Below are positions 9,022-20,864 of a stretch of 64,000 nucleotides of DNA, piece by piece. The notes beneath the pieces were generated by a model that was not told the origin of the DNA, did not search any database, and was given only the letters and a program-made list of their open reading frames with translations. The stretch is taken from assembly GCA_016717225.1 (NCBI GenBank), contig JADKGB010000009.1, positions 71,178 through 135,177 of the forward strand, written 5' to 3'. Every line of letters starts with the position of its first letter. Position 1 is the stretch's first letter. The stretch comes from Flavobacteriales bacterium (GTDB lineage Bacteria; Bacteroidota; Bacteroidia; Flavobacteriales_F; PHOS-HE28). The position numbers were made by a program, and so were the translations under genes.

Positions 9022-10143
9022 CTACGCGCTTTTCAATGTTGGATCGGTGACCGTTGTCAGTTCCGGATGAAGTGTTCCATACAGTGCCAGTAATTCCTCT
9101 TCTTCCCGAATGCGCTTTCGCAATCCTTCGGGATCGTTGACCGCCTTGGTCTTGGTGCTTCGAGTGCTGCGGCCTTTGCGCCAAGCGCGTTGTGCCTCGA
9201 TGGGCAGTTGGTGGATCTCACGGCAGCTTGGTGAGCAGCAGTCGGCGTATTTCTTGGCGCAGGTCTCGCACTGCACCAACAGCATGTTGCAGGTCACCTC
9301 CTGGCAATTGCCGATGCGGTCGCTTTTCGTTCCGCATTGCATGCAGGTGCTCACCACATCGTCGGTGATGCGTTCGGCCAGCCGTTCATCGAACACGAAG
9401 TTTTGTCCTTTGTAAAGGCTCTCGAGCCCCTGTGCCTTGATCTGCCGCGCATAGTCGATAATACCGCCGTGCAACTGGCCCACGTTCGTGAAGCCTTGGT
9501 GCTTGAGGTAGGCGCTCGCCTTCTCGCAGCGGATGCCGCCTGTGCAATACAGCAGTACCTCAGCATTCTTCTTCTCCTTCAGCGCTTCGGTGACCTCATC
9601 GATCGCGCTGCGGAAATTGTCAGCCTTGGGCAGATACGCCCCCTCGAAATGCCCGATAAGACACTCGTAGTTGTTCCGCATGTCAACCACCAAGGCGCCT
9701 TGTTCCATCTTTTGGTTGAAGGTCGCGGCATCGAGATGCACTCCAACATTCGTCACATCGAAGGCATCATCGGCTAGACCATCGGCCACGATCTTCTTCT
9801 TCACCTTGACGATAAGCTTCAGGAAGCTCTTGCCATCATCTTCCACCGCTATCTTCCATGGCACGTTCGCGAAGGCTTCACGGGCATCCAGTGCTTTCCG
9901 GAATTTTTCCAGGTTGGTCGTTGGTACGCTCAACTGAGCGTTGATCCCTTCCTGCGAAACGTAAATGCGCCCCAACACCCCGAAGGCCTCCCACTCCGCG
10001 TACAATTCGTCCCGGAGCATGGCCAGGTCATAAAGTCGCACATACCGATAGAAGGATAGGGTAGTGCGCGCCAGTCCCTCGCTTTCCAAACGACCACGGA
10101 GCAGGTCCGGGTCAAGGAGATTTCGGAGTTGATAGGCTGACAT
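9022..10143 (-). CDS. trhO: Rhodanese-domain tRNA U34 hydroxylase (TrhO/YceA, UPF0176)
   Basis: Collinear with E. coli YceA: TTLSFYRYV, QEGINAQLSVP, DDGKSF, YCTGGIRCEKASAYLKHQGF, GQNFVFDERL, C-terminal Cys cluster; start chosen at the internal Met (MSAYQ) to leave a divergent promoter gap. Confidence 0.85.
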   Translation of the reverse strand: MSAYQLRNLLDPDLLRGRLESEGLARTTLSFYRYVRLYDLAMLRDELYAEWEAFGVLGRIYVSQEGINAQLSVPTTNLEKFRKALDAREAFANVPWKIAVEDDGKSFLKLIVKVKKKIVADGLADDAFDVTNVGVHLDAATFNQKMEQGALVVDMRNNYECLIGHFEGAYLPKADNFRSAIDEVTEALKEKKNAEVLLYCTGGIRCEKASAYLKHQGFTNVGQLHGGIIDYARQIKAQGLESLYKGQNFVFDERLAERITDDVVSTCMQCGTKSDRIGNCQEVTCNMLLVQCETCAKKYADCCSPSCREIHQLPIEAQRAWRKGRSTRSTKTKAVNDPEGLRKRIREEEELLALYGTLHPELTTVTDPTLKSA

Positions 10144-10178
10144 TGCTGCGAAAGTACGGTGGCTGTTGATCTTATGCT

Positions 10179-10186
10179 GACGCGCG
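10179..10186 (+). promoter_or_regulatory. Putative Bacteroidetes sigma-A -7 element TAGCTTTG (TAnnTTTG) about 30 nt upstream of the threonine dehydrogenase gene
   Basis: Exact match to the TAnnTTTG consensus. Confidence 0.3.
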
Positions 10187-10215
10187 AATAGCTTTGGGCG
10201 CCCACTCATTATCGC

Positions 10216-11166
10216 ATGACCAAAAAGATCCTCGTCATCGGCTCAAGCGGCCAGATCGGTACCGAACTTGTTGAAGGCTTGCGCCATCGTTTCGGTGCGG
10301 AGAATGTGGTGGCCAGTGATATCAAACAGCCGCAAGCGCATCCCGCTCTGCAGCGGGACGGCCCGTTCGCCATGGTGGATGCCATGGACCGCAGAGGCAT
10401 TGAGAGGATCATTGAGAAGCATGGTATCAATGAAGTGTACTTGCTCGCCGCTTTATTGAGCGCCACGGCCGAAAAAGATCCCGCATTCGCATGGAAACTG
10501 AACATGGAAAGCCTGTTCATCATCCTCGAACTGGCGCGTGAGGGCAAGTTGAAAAAGGTCTATTGGCCCAGCAGTATCGCGGTGTTCGGCCCCACAACAC
10601 CCAAGGATAACACGCCTCAGCACACCATTGCTGAGCCGAGTACTGTATACGGCATCAGCAAGCAGGCTGGCGAGCAGTGGTGCGCGTACTACCACCGCCG
10701 GTACGGTGTCGATGTCCGGAGCATTCGATATCCGGGCCTTATCGGCTGGAAAAGCGCGCCCGGTGGTGGTACCACGGATTATGCGGTACATATTTTCCAC
10801 GAGGCGTTGAAGTCAGGCACCTACACCAGCTTCTTGGATCGGGGCACCAAACTGCCCATGATGTACATGCCCGATGCGATCCGCGCGACCATCGACCTGA
10901 TGGAAGCACCGCCGGAACAGGTGAAGGAGCGTACAGGATACAACCTGGCAGGCTTCAGTTTCAGTCCAGAGGATATTGCCGCCCAGATCACACGGCATAT
11001 CCCCAACTTCAAGTTGAGTTTTGCCCCTGACCACCGCCAAGCCATTGCCAATAGCTGGCCGCAGAGCATTGACGATAGCGCTGCACGGACCGATTGGGGC
11101 TGGAAGCCGCAGTATGACCTAAGGGCCATGGTGGACGATATGATGGCGAACCTGAAGTCGTCTTAG
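10216..11166 (+). CDS. tdh: L-threonine 3-dehydrogenase, NAD-dependent epimerase/dehydratase (SDR-extended) type
   Basis: MTKKILVIGSSGQIGTEL (GxxGxxG), YGISK catalytic YxxxK, about 316 aa, typical of this family. Confidence 0.75.
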   Translation: MTKKILVIGSSGQIGTELVEGLRHRFGAENVVASDIKQPQAHPALQRDGPFAMVDAMDRRGIERIIEKHGINEVYLLAALLSATAEKDPAFAWKLNMESLFIILELAREGKLKKVYWPSSIAVFGPTTPKDNTPQHTIAEPSTVYGISKQAGEQWCAYYHRRYGVDVRSIRYPGLIGWKSAPGGGTTDYAVHIFHEALKSGTYTSFLDRGTKLPMMYMPDAIRATIDLMEAPPEQVKERTGYNLAGFSFSPEDIAAQITRHIPNFKLSFAPDHRQAIANSWPQSIDDSAARTDWGWKPQYDLRAMVDDMMANLKSS

Positions 11167-11189
11167 CTAAAGGCAAAATCGAGTCTCGT

Positions 11190-11345
11190 CGTTTTTAACG
11201 CAGAGACGCAAAGGGCCGCAAAGGATCGCAGAGTTGTGCCTCGTCATTTCTAAACGCAAGGTCGCGGAGGGCCTCGGAATTGTTGACTTCTAGGTCGCTT
11301 ATTTTTTTCCTCTGCGTTCCTCGGTATTCCTCTCTGCGTCTCTGC
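11190..11345. repeat. Imperfect inverted repeats (aacgcagagacgca ... tgcgtctctgcgtt) with several cgcagag/ctctgcg copies in the tdh-MORN intergenic region
   Basis: A 14-nt perfect inverted repeat at about 11200 and 11328, with degenerate extensions. Confidence 0.35.
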
Positions 11346-11414
11346 GTTTCTCTTCCTCCCGAAACATCTGGACCACATTTCTCGTTACGCGGGAGCGATC
11401 AGTAATTCGTTCCT

Positions 11415-12326
11415 ATGAAGTTATTCAACCCTTCACTTCTTCCTGCTTTCGGGCTGATCATTTTGTCATATGGCCAGTCCGCATTCGCGCAAGCCAGCAA
11501 TGGTATGCAGGTGGATACGCTGAACAAGTTGGACGAAATGGGCCGCAAACAGGGTTGGTGGAAAGTCAACGCACCCAAGGAGGAAAGACCAGGCTATGCC
11601 GATGGTCAATTGATCGAGGAAGGCCGTTATACGAACAGCAAGCGGATCGGTCTTTGGCGTCGCTACTGGCCCAATGGGAAGGTGATGAGCGAGATCGTTT
11701 ACCAGATGGGCCGGCCCCGTGGCGATTACAAAACGTACTATCCTGACGGGAAGGTCGAGGAGCAAGGCAACTGGGACCTGGACCGCAACACCGGCGCGTT
11801 CAAACGATGGCACCCCAACGGTCAACTGGCGCAGGACTTCACATTCAACAACTACGGTACCCGCAATGGTGTGCAGAAATACTACCACGAGAACGGCCAG
11901 CTCGAAGTAGAAGTGAACGTGAAGGAAGGGAAGGAAGATGGTACCCTGAAACGATACTACGCCAATGGCGACCTTCAGCAGGTGGCCGAGTTCAACGGTG
12001 GTGTCATCAACGCGAGCAACAGCAAGTACATACGCTCAGTGCACAAGGTGGAAGCACCCAAGCCTGAACCCAGCGCCCAACCGGCCCCTGCAAAAACAGC
12101 CGAAGAGGTGACCAATGCTGTCGTGTTCCGCGAGAATGGGTTCAATACACTCTACGACCGCCAACTTCGGCTCTCGCAGCAAGGCGAATTCAGCAACGGA
12201 AAGCTCTGGAACGGCAAATACTATCGCTACAACAAGAGCACTGGAGAACTGCTGAAGATCGAAGTGTATACCGACGGCCGTTTCACCGGCAACGCGGTTT
12301 TGAGCGAAGAGGACAAGGGGCATTGA
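11415..12326 (+). CDS. Secreted MORN-repeat (YwqK-like) protein
   Basis: Signal peptide MKLFNPSLLPAFGLIILSYGQSAFAQ; repeated G.W..Y..NG.....Y..G...G motifs. Confidence 0.6.
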   Translation: MKLFNPSLLPAFGLIILSYGQSAFAQASNGMQVDTLNKLDEMGRKQGWWKVNAPKEERPGYADGQLIEEGRYTNSKRIGLWRRYWPNGKVMSEIVYQMGRPRGDYKTYYPDGKVEEQGNWDLDRNTGAFKRWHPNGQLAQDFTFNNYGTRNGVQKYYHENGQLEVEVNVKEGKEDGTLKRYYANGDLQQVAEFNGGVINASNSKYIRSVHKVEAPKPEPSAQPAPAKTAEEVTNAVVFRENGFNTLYDRQLRLSQQGEFSNGKLWNGKYYRYNKSTGELLKIEVYTDGRFTGNAVLSEEDKGH

Positions 12327-12485
12327 AACCCAGTCTTGCTCGAAGGTTCGTATTGAACCCGATAGAGCGATCAGGCTGCCCGCCAAGATCCCGTTCCATC
12401 GCCCATTTGCCCACAGGCCGTCCTCCCAAGCGTGCAGCTTATGGCCTGAAGCCTGAGGCCGAACAACCCCGTTCGTAGCTGCTGA

Positions 12486-13892
<1,407 letters not shown>

Positions 13893-13910
13893 TCCGATAT
13901 TCCAACAATG

Positions 13911-13944
13911 AAAAAGCCCCACGGATCTCCGTGGGGCTTTTTGT
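13911..13944. terminator. Rho-independent terminator hairpin (aaaaagccccacggatctccgtggggctttttg), bidirectional between gdhA and the converging Omp28-like gene
   Basis: 9-bp GC-rich stem, 7-nt loop, flanked by A5 and T5. Confidence 0.8.
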
Positions 13945-13958
13945 TGGCGGCTTATGGT

Positions 13959-15010
13959 TCAGTGAAGAACTACGATCGGCTTCATAGGAGATCCATAGAG
14001 CCCATAGTGGTACAGGCCACTGGCCAGTGCAGTTACGTTCATGGTCAAGTTGATCTGGCCTTCGGTGAACCGCTCTTGGCGCACAATGCGTCCGGTTGCA
14101 TCGCGCAGAACGATGACACCTGCACTGGTCACGTCGTTGAGCGGAATGGTTACGAGATCCGAAGCGGGAACAGGATAGGCACTGCCCAGGATCGAAATAG
14201 TCGCGTTCGCATCTTCGACACCGGTGGTGGTTCCTCCATTGGCATCCACGGCACGTGCTTGGTAGATCTCTCCTTGGAATTCGCTCACGAAGGCAACTAC
14301 GTCGCAGTTTTCGATGTTCCAGCCTTCTGGAACCGTGTAGCTGTATGTGCGCTGGACGAAACTTCCCGCAGTTGTTGTGGTCACTTCATCGCCCCATAGG
14401 TCTGTGATGTACGCGCGCAGTACGTTCTTGTGATCATAATTCGCTTGCGCACCATTCACATAATCCTGCTGGTAGCCGATGATGTGGTCTTCTTTCAGCA
14501 GAACAGCGATGTGATCGTTTCCTCCCTGATCCATTCGCGGTATAGAACAATTCCACCACCACCGTGAGCATGCGTGAATTCGCATCGAAGGTTGATGACA
14601 CCCCCACATTAACTGGCGAAGGAAGTGCGAGGGCATTGTTGGTAGCGTTCGCCCAATTGCTTGTGCTCATCACCACTTGGTCGTTCACCGGAATGCGGTT
14701 CACCGAACCGCGCGGTTGGGATTGTAGGATGTAGTGCGACCATAAGGCGGTCGCCCATTCGTTGCGGAAGTCAGGCTGACCTGAGCTCGGAACAGCAAGG
14801 CCACCACCGTGCAGTTCCACCGCTATCATGTTGAACGGGTGCTGTGCCAAAAGTCCATCTGCCAAAGCGTGACCAGCTGGGCAGTTCCCGCAATTTATGG
14901 CTGCGTATTCTTCCAGCAGAACCGTGCGGTTCATCGGGTCTTGGCCTACCAAGGCCTTGGGCGCTGACGAAGAGCGGGAGAAAGGCCAGAAGAGCGGAGA
15001 AGATCTTCAT
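13959..15010 (-). CDS. Omp28-related outer-membrane protein with T9SS type-A C-terminal sorting domain; split into three ORFs by two apparent frameshifts
   Basis: Signal peptide MKIFSALLAFLPLFVSAQ; EEYAAINCGNCPAGH thioredoxin-like Omp28 motif; C-terminal ...ALASGLYHYGLYG...IVVLH T9SS CTD; ORFs 14771-15010, 14434-14952 and 13959-14636 overlap. Confidence 0.6.
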
Positions 15011-15150
15011 GGCGTGTTGGTTGGACCGTGAAAGTATCGAGCGGCTATCACGAAGAGATCACGAACAAGCCCTGCGTCCGGGGCGCGACGATCTTCGGGC
15101 GTTTTTCGCTGTTTCGCTTGCGCTCGGCAACTGTGCGAACGGCCGATCCG

Positions 15151-17895
15151 CTACTTCTTCTTCCTTTTGATCCTGTGTGCCTGGGCCTTGACGCTGGAAG
15201 CTTGTTTTCCCATAGCCGTTCCTGTCCTCTGCCTGCCCAAGGCCGCATCCGTGAATACGCGCAATCCCAATTCCGGCCGGTATCCGTGGATCTCCTTCAC
15301 GTCGATGGCGATAAGGAAATTGATGATCTCCTCGTTGATCACCTGGCCGGGAACCAGGACAGGGAAGCCTGGCGGGTATGGGATCACGAAACTCGCAGAG
15401 ACCAGTTCCTGGCCGGCGCTCATCATGGTGAGGCAATCATGCAATTTGAAGTGAACGCAGCGTTCCTCTTTGTAGCCCAGGAAATAGGCCGCTCGAAGAT
15501 CACCACCAGGCACACCGGGAAGCGCCTGGAACGATGTGTGGAAACGACTGAAGTCGGGAAGCGGCGGTGCGAATTCGTTCAGTGAACGGATCTTGCTCAC
15601 GAGCATTCGTTTCTCCGCATGGTCCATACCGGCGTTGCGTTCTTCCAGTTCCGCAGCGATCTGCAAGAGCACTTTTGTCAGGTACGCCAAAGACCCTCGT
15701 GTGGTTCCGATGTTCGTCATGAACAGCACGCTGTTGCGACTGGTCTTGTTGATCTGGATCGCGTGCTTGTCCATCAGGTACACGTTCTTGAACGTATCCC
15801 CGTCTATCCCCGTCTTACCGGTGTACAAATTGATCTTTGTCGGATCAACAGCAAACTCGTCATCGGCCCACGCTTGTTCGATGTCGTTCCAACCCTTGTC
15901 TCGCCGGTAGTAGTGTTCCAGTCCGCTTTGTCGGTGTTCCGCCGGTATCAGATCGGCAATGGTGATGATGTCGAACCACTTCCGAAGGCGTTCGTTCTCG
16001 CGGATCGTACGGCGCAACAAGAGGCCCAGTTCGATCGCCTTTTCCACGAGTTCGTAACCTTCGAATTCCACTTGTCGCCGACCAACATCCATGCTGGCGA
16101 GGATCTGGTAGTTGGCGCTGGTGCTGGTATGCGTCATGTAAGCCTCGTGGAACATGGCTTCGCTCTTCTTCTTGAAGTCCTCGTCCCAGATATGGATCAT
16201 GCTGCCCTGGCGGAATGAAGTGAGCGTCTTGTGCGTGCTTTGTGTGGCGAACACGCGGATGCGCACTTTGGTGGGATCCGGAAGGCGCGGTTCTTCACCT
16301 TTCTTCAGGGACTTGATGTGTGCCTCGTACTCCTGCTTGTATTCTTCCGTCTTGTACTTGCGGTGCAGTTTGGCAGCTACGTGCATCGCTGTGCGTTGGC
16401 GCAGGATATAGCTGAAACCCGCGAACGCGAACCAGGCTTCGTCCCAGAGGAACACAATGTCCGGCTTCAACGCTAGCGTTTGTTCCATCACGCGCTCCAC
16501 GTTGTACACCACACCGTCGAACGTGCTGTTGGTAAGGAGCAGCATCTTGACGCGATCAAGGCGGCCACCTTTGCGCAGAAGCAGCATTTGCTCGCGGATA
16601 TGTTCCAATGGAACCGCTCCGTACATGCTGTATTTCGGTAGCGGATAACTGTGCAAATACACCGGGTATGCGCCGCTGAGCACCATGCCGTAATGATGGC
16701 TCTTGTGACAGTCGCGGTCGATCAGTACGATATCGCCGGGTTCCACCAGCGCCTGTACAACGATCTTGTTCGTGGTACTGGTGCCGTTGGTGGCGAAGAA
16801 GGTCTGCTGCGAACCAAAGGCTCGCGCTGCGAGTTCCTGGGCCTTCTTCAGTGGACCAGTAGGCTGCAGGAGCGAATCCAATCCGCCGGTGGTGGCGCTG
16901 GTTTCCGCAAGGAAGAGATTGCGCCCGTAGAACTCACCGAAGTCCTGTATCCAGCGGCTCTTGAACACGCTGTTGCCACGTGAAATGGGCATCGCGTGGA
17001 ATACACCCATCGGTTTCTTGCTGTATTCCTTGAGCGCGGAAAAGAAAGGTGTTTCGTACTTCTCCTGAATGCCACGCATGATCGTGGAGTGCAGTTCGGA
17101 GAGGTCTTCTGTGCGGTAGAAGATGCGTCGGAAATTGGTGAGCGTTGTGTCTTTCAAACCTGTCACTGGCGTATCCGTGACGTAGTAACGGTCCACTTCT
17201 GGACGGAACCAACGCATGATCTTGGCCAATAGCGGGCCCATGTTCGCCTGTCCGCGATCGCTCAGGTCCAGATCATGGATAGCCCGTGTGAATTCACGCA
17301 AGATGCCGTCCGCATTGGCGCTGGGGAAGGGTACGCCGTACCGCACGACCACCGCTTGTATGTTGTGGTTGAAAAGCAACGCGATCAGGGCATCCTGAAC
17401 GTTGCGGACCACCAGCGTGTCATAAGTGAACATCTCGCCACGGTCCCTGCAGCGGCGAAGTTTCAGTTTCAAAGCCTCTTCCTCGCGATCGTCGAGCACA
17501 TCCACGAACAGCACTTCGAAGTAGTTCTGGCGGGGTCGATCGCCATCCTCCCTCAGTTCGTGAGGTCCGCTCAGCGGATCAGCTTGTGTGATCGGGTCGC
17601 TCCGGAAAGCTCCACTAACGAGGTTGCGCACCACGTGGCTTACGGCTTGATGAAGCGAACGGTACTCCTTGTCGCGTAGCATTTTCGCCAAACGCTTCAC
17701 GGCGTCCAAGCCCGGATAGGCCCAATAAAGTTCGATGGTCCGGAGGTCGATCAGCAACGCCTCTATGGCCTCCGGTGTTCCGAGGCCTTCATCGAGTGCT
17801 GCCGTGGCAAGTTTCAACTGGTCCCACGTATGTGAGCGCAAGCGCGCGGCGTTGAAGTGCTGGCGAAGGGGGGCGGGTTCGGTGTTGCTCGGCAT
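15151..17895 (-). CDS. Large (914 aa) Orn/Lys/Arg decarboxylase family, PLP-dependent fold type I, with N-terminal wing/extension
   Basis: FATQSTHKTLTSFRQGS (PLP-Lys S-x-HK), NGTSTTNKIVVQALVEPGDIVLIDRDCHKS; C-terminal domain. Confidence 0.85.
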   Translation of the reverse strand: MPSNTEPAPLRQHFNAARLRSHTWDQLKLATAALDEGLGTPEAIEALLIDLRTIELYWAYPGLDAVKRLAKMLRDKEYRSLHQAVSHVVRNLVSGAFRSDPITQADPLSGPHELREDGDRPRQNYFEVLFVDVLDDREEEALKLKLRRCRDRGEMFTYDTLVVRNVQDALIALLFNHNIQAVVVRYGVPFPSANADGILREFTRAIHDLDLSDRGQANMGPLLAKIMRWFRPEVDRYYVTDTPVTGLKDTTLTNFRRIFYRTEDLSELHSTIMRGIQEKYETPFFSALKEYSKKPMGVFHAMPISRGNSVFKSRWIQDFGEFYGRNLFLAETSATTGGLDSLLQPTGPLKKAQELAARAFGSQQTFFATNGTSTTNKIVVQALVEPGDIVLIDRDCHKSHHYGMVLSGAYPVYLHSYPLPKYSMYGAVPLEHIREQMLLLRKGGRLDRVKMLLLTNSTFDGVVYNVERVMEQTLALKPDIVFLWDEAWFAFAGFSYILRQRTAMHVAAKLHRKYKTEEYKQEYEAHIKSLKKGEEPRLPDPTKVRIRVFATQSTHKTLTSFRQGSMIHIWDEDFKKKSEAMFHEAYMTHTSTSANYQILASMDVGRRQVEFEGYELVEKAIELGLLLRRTIRENERLRKWFDIITIADLIPAEHRQSGLEHYYRRDKGWNDIEQAWADDEFAVDPTKINLYTGKTGIDGDTFKNVYLMDKHAIQINKTSRNSVLFMTNIGTTRGSLAYLTKVLLQIAAELEERNAGMDHAEKRMLVSKIRSLNEFAPPLPDFSRFHTSFQALPGVPGGDLRAAYFLGYKEERCVHFKLHDCLTMMSAGQELVSASFVIPYPPGFPVLVPGQVINEEIINFLIAIDVKEIHGYRPELGLRVFTDAALGRQRTGTAMGKQASSVKAQAHRIKRKKK

Positions 17896-17958
17896 CTAAG
17901 AAGGCGGTGTGGAAAGATAGGCGTGCCCTTCTCGCGTCGCTTGTGCCGCGGATCAACC

Positions 17959-18465
17959 TCAGCGTTTTTTCGCTGCCTTCCTGGCGACCTTCTTTTTCGG
18001 TGCGGCTTTTTTGGGAGCAGGGGCCTTTGCCGTCGATGCTTTCACTGCGCTTGATACCCGCAACGGTCCTTCATGCAATGCCAGACGGTTGCCTTCGCTA
18101 TCGATGAACAAAGCGAAACTCCCTGCACTTTCACTGATCTCTGTTTTCGACATGATCACGCGCCCCCCCGCCAATTCTACACGGCCGAGTACATTGTCCA
18201 GGTCGTTCCCGGCGTTCAGGTAGATCAGCACACCCGTCGAGTTCGGGGTGCAGCCCGGTCCTGCGATCAACGCACCACCAATTCCTTTGTCCGCAGGAAA
18301 ATAGGCCATGGCGAAATCGCCGTTGTAGCCCACTTCCATCTCCATGCTGTAGATGTCGTTGTAGAAACGTGCAGCTCTGTGGATGTCGTACACCGGGATC
18401 TCGAACCAGCTAACGAAATCCTTCAGGCGACTGTGGAGCTTGCTATTGGCGACTGTGCTTCCCAT
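17959..18465 (-). CDS. VOC (glyoxalase/bleomycin-resistance) family protein with C-terminal histone-H1-like Lys/Ala/Pro tail
   Basis: VOC-like beta-alpha-beta core; tail KASTAKAPAPKKAAPKKKVARKAAKKR. Confidence 0.55.
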   Translation of the reverse strand: MGSTVANSKLHSRLKDFVSWFEIPVYDIHRAARFYNDIYSMEMEVGYNGDFAMAYFPADKGIGGALIAGPGCTPNSTGVLIYLNAGNDLDNVLGRVELAGGRVIMSKTEISESAGSFALFIDSEGNRLALHEGPLRVSSAVKASTAKAPAPKKAAPKKKVARKAAKKR

Positions 18466-18468
18466 GGG

Positions 18469-19421
18469 TCAATTGATGTTGGATTCACTGGGGGGACGGA
18501 AGGACGAAATGATCGTGGGCTTGGGTTCGTGCGCGAGACGGGCTTCGTCAAGTTTCTGCAATTCACCCAACTCCTGCACGCGTTGCGGTTTTATCAATGG
18601 TCCGAGGCTGTCAAGATACGGATGCACTGCGCCCGGCGTGTATACGTCGAACGCGACCGGTCGATCACGAAAGCTCTTCATCGGCTGGCCCAAACGAAGC
18701 ACGCCCAATTCGCGGCTGCGGCGAACTTTCTCCAAGTTGATCTCGATCGGTATGAATTCCTCGTTCACATCGGCCTGATAGACCACGCGACCTTCTGGCC
18801 CACAAACGATGCTCCGACCGCTGCCACCGGCGTCCAGCCCATTTATATCGAAGAAGTAGCACTGATTGGTGGCAGCGCTGGCACGTGCGATGCTCAGTTC
18901 GATCTCGCGGTCTATGGTGCCCGTTAATGTAGGGTGCAGGATGACTTCGGCCCCCATAACGGCAAGTGTACGCGTGGTCTCCGGGATCCACATATCATAG
19001 CAGATGCTCACGCCGAAACGACCAACTTCAGGTACGTCGAACACGCAGAACTCGTTACCGCCAGTAACACCTACTTCATACGGATAGAAGGGGAACATTT
19101 TGCGGTATCGAGCCACCACACTGCCTTCGGGATCACCGTGGCAGTGTTGTAGATCAGGTCGCCTTTCTTCTCGAAAATGCTGCCGGGCAACAACCAGATG
19201 CCGTGCTTGGCGGCCATGGCGCACATCTCTTGCTCGAATTCGCCGGGCACAACCTGGGCGTTCGCCGTAAGAGGTCCGTATGCGCAGAGCTCGCTGAACA
19301 TCACCATATCCACCCAGGGGTAGATGTTCATGAGCAGGTCGAGCTTCAGTTTCATCGCATCCACGTTGCTGTTCGCAGCGGAGGTGCGCATCTGGATGCC
19401 GGCTATGGAGAAGGGCTTCAT
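18469..19421 (-). CDS. Carbon-nitrogen hydrolase (nitrilase superfamily; possibly N-carbamoylputrescine amidase-like), split by an apparent frameshift near 19140-19200
   Basis: N-terminal ORF MKPFSIAGIQM... (19071-19421) plus C-terminal ORF with ...GVSICYDMWIPE (catalytic Cys) and AGG... regions. Confidence 0.7.
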
Positions 19422-19432
19422 GGAATGGTGAA

Positions 19433-20752
19433 CTACGCGCAGATCTTGTCCAGTTCCTCCTCCATGATGTCCAGCCCCTTCTTCAGCAGTTCATCACTGA
19501 TCACGAGCGGGCTCAACACCCGTATGATGTTCTTCTCGGTACCGGCGTTGATCACCACGAGGTCGCGTTTGGCGCAAGCGTTCATCAGTGCATTGCATGT
19601 CTCCGCATCCGGTTGGAGCGGGTCGCCGTTCTTCACGAACTCGATGGCCATCATCGCGCCCAACCCGCGCACATCACCGATCCGTTCTTGCTTCGCTTTC
19701 ATCTTTTCGAAGCGTTCGCGGATCACGTCACCGACGTGTTTGCCTTTCGCGTTGATGTCGATCTCTTCCATGTATTTCAGCGTTGCGAGCGCAGCCGCAC
19801 AACTTACAGGATTGCCGATATATGTGCCGCCAATGCTGCTCGGGCCGGCTTTGTCCATGATCTCCGCTTTGCCCATCACCGCGGCGATCGGCATACCGCT
19901 GCCAAGACTCTTTGCCCAAGTGCTGATGTCGGGCACCACGCCGAACTGCTCGTACGCGCTCCATGCACCGGTGCGACCAAAACCGCTTTGGATCTCATCC
20001 AGGATCAACAGAATGCCATGTTTGTCGCAGAAGGCGCGCAGCCCTTTCAAGTACGCAGCGGGCACCACGTTGAAGCCGCCTTCGCCCTGAACGGTTTCGA
20101 TAATGATGGCCGCAAGGTTCTCCGGGGCAACCGTGTTGTGCGAAAGTTCTTCGAGGCGGTGCAATTCGGCTTTTACGAATTCAGCCTCGCTGCGCCCCGC
20201 GCTATAGCGGTAGAAATTCGGGAACTGCGTGCGGTACACTTCCGGCGCGAACGGGCCGCAATCCGGCTTGTATCCAACCTTGCTGGTAAGGGTCATGGCC
20301 ATCATGGTGCGACCATGGAAGGCATCTGTGAAGCAAAGCACTCCTTGTCGTTTCGTGGCTTGGCGCGCGATCTTGATCGCGTTCTCCACGGCTTCGGCAC
20401 CAGTGCATACGAGCAACGTCTTTGTGGGGCCACCATGCGGAAGGAGGGTGTTCAATTTCTCGCAGAGCGCGATGTACGGCTCGTAGCTGGCCACATTGAA
20501 GCTGACGTGCAGGAATTTGGCGGCCTGTTCCTGGATCGCCTTTACCACGGGTGGCGGGCAGTGTCCTGCGTTCACCACACCGATGCCACCCGCGAAGTCG
20601 ATCAACTCACGGCCATCTTCATCGATGATCGTTGCGCCACTTGCGTTCTTCGCTGTAGCATAGTTGAACATACCTACACCATTTGGCACAGCGGCCTTGC
20701 GGCGGGCAATGAGTTCTTGGCTCTTGGTCAATTGGTCTGTCATAAGTCTCAT
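19433..20752 (-). CDS. Class-III aminotransferase (4-aminobutyrate / putrescine-type omega-aminotransferase)
   Basis: 439 aa; GAEAVENAIKIAR, DEIQSGFGRTGAWSAYEQFGVVPDISTWAKSLG (PLP Lys). Confidence 0.85.
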   Translation of the reverse strand: MRLMTDQLTKSQELIARRKAAVPNGVGMFNYATAKNASGATIIDEDGRELIDFAGGIGVVNAGHCPPPVVKAIQEQAAKFLHVSFNVASYEPYIALCEKLNTLLPHGGPTKTLLVCTGAEAVENAIKIARQATKRQGVLCFTDAFHGRTMMAMTLTSKVGYKPDCGPFAPEVYRTQFPNFYRYSAGRSEAEFVKAELHRLEELSHNTVAPENLAAIIIETVQGEGGFNVVPAAYLKGLRAFCDKHGILLILDEIQSGFGRTGAWSAYEQFGVVPDISTWAKSLGSGMPIAAVMGKAEIMDKAGPSSIGGTYIGNPVSCAAALATLKYMEEIDINAKGKHVGDVIRERFEKMKAKQERIGDVRGLGAMMAIEFVKNGDPLQPDAETCNALMNACAKRDLVVINAGTEKNIIRVLSPLVISDELLKKGLDIMEEELDKICA

Positions 20753-20864
20753 CCCGTGTTAGCGGGAGCGGCGCGAAATTGCGGAATGTCCTTCACCAAA
20801 TCGACAGATAAGTGCAGAGAATGCCAACAGATGCACGGTCTCAGGGTCCAAGCGATGGCAAAGC

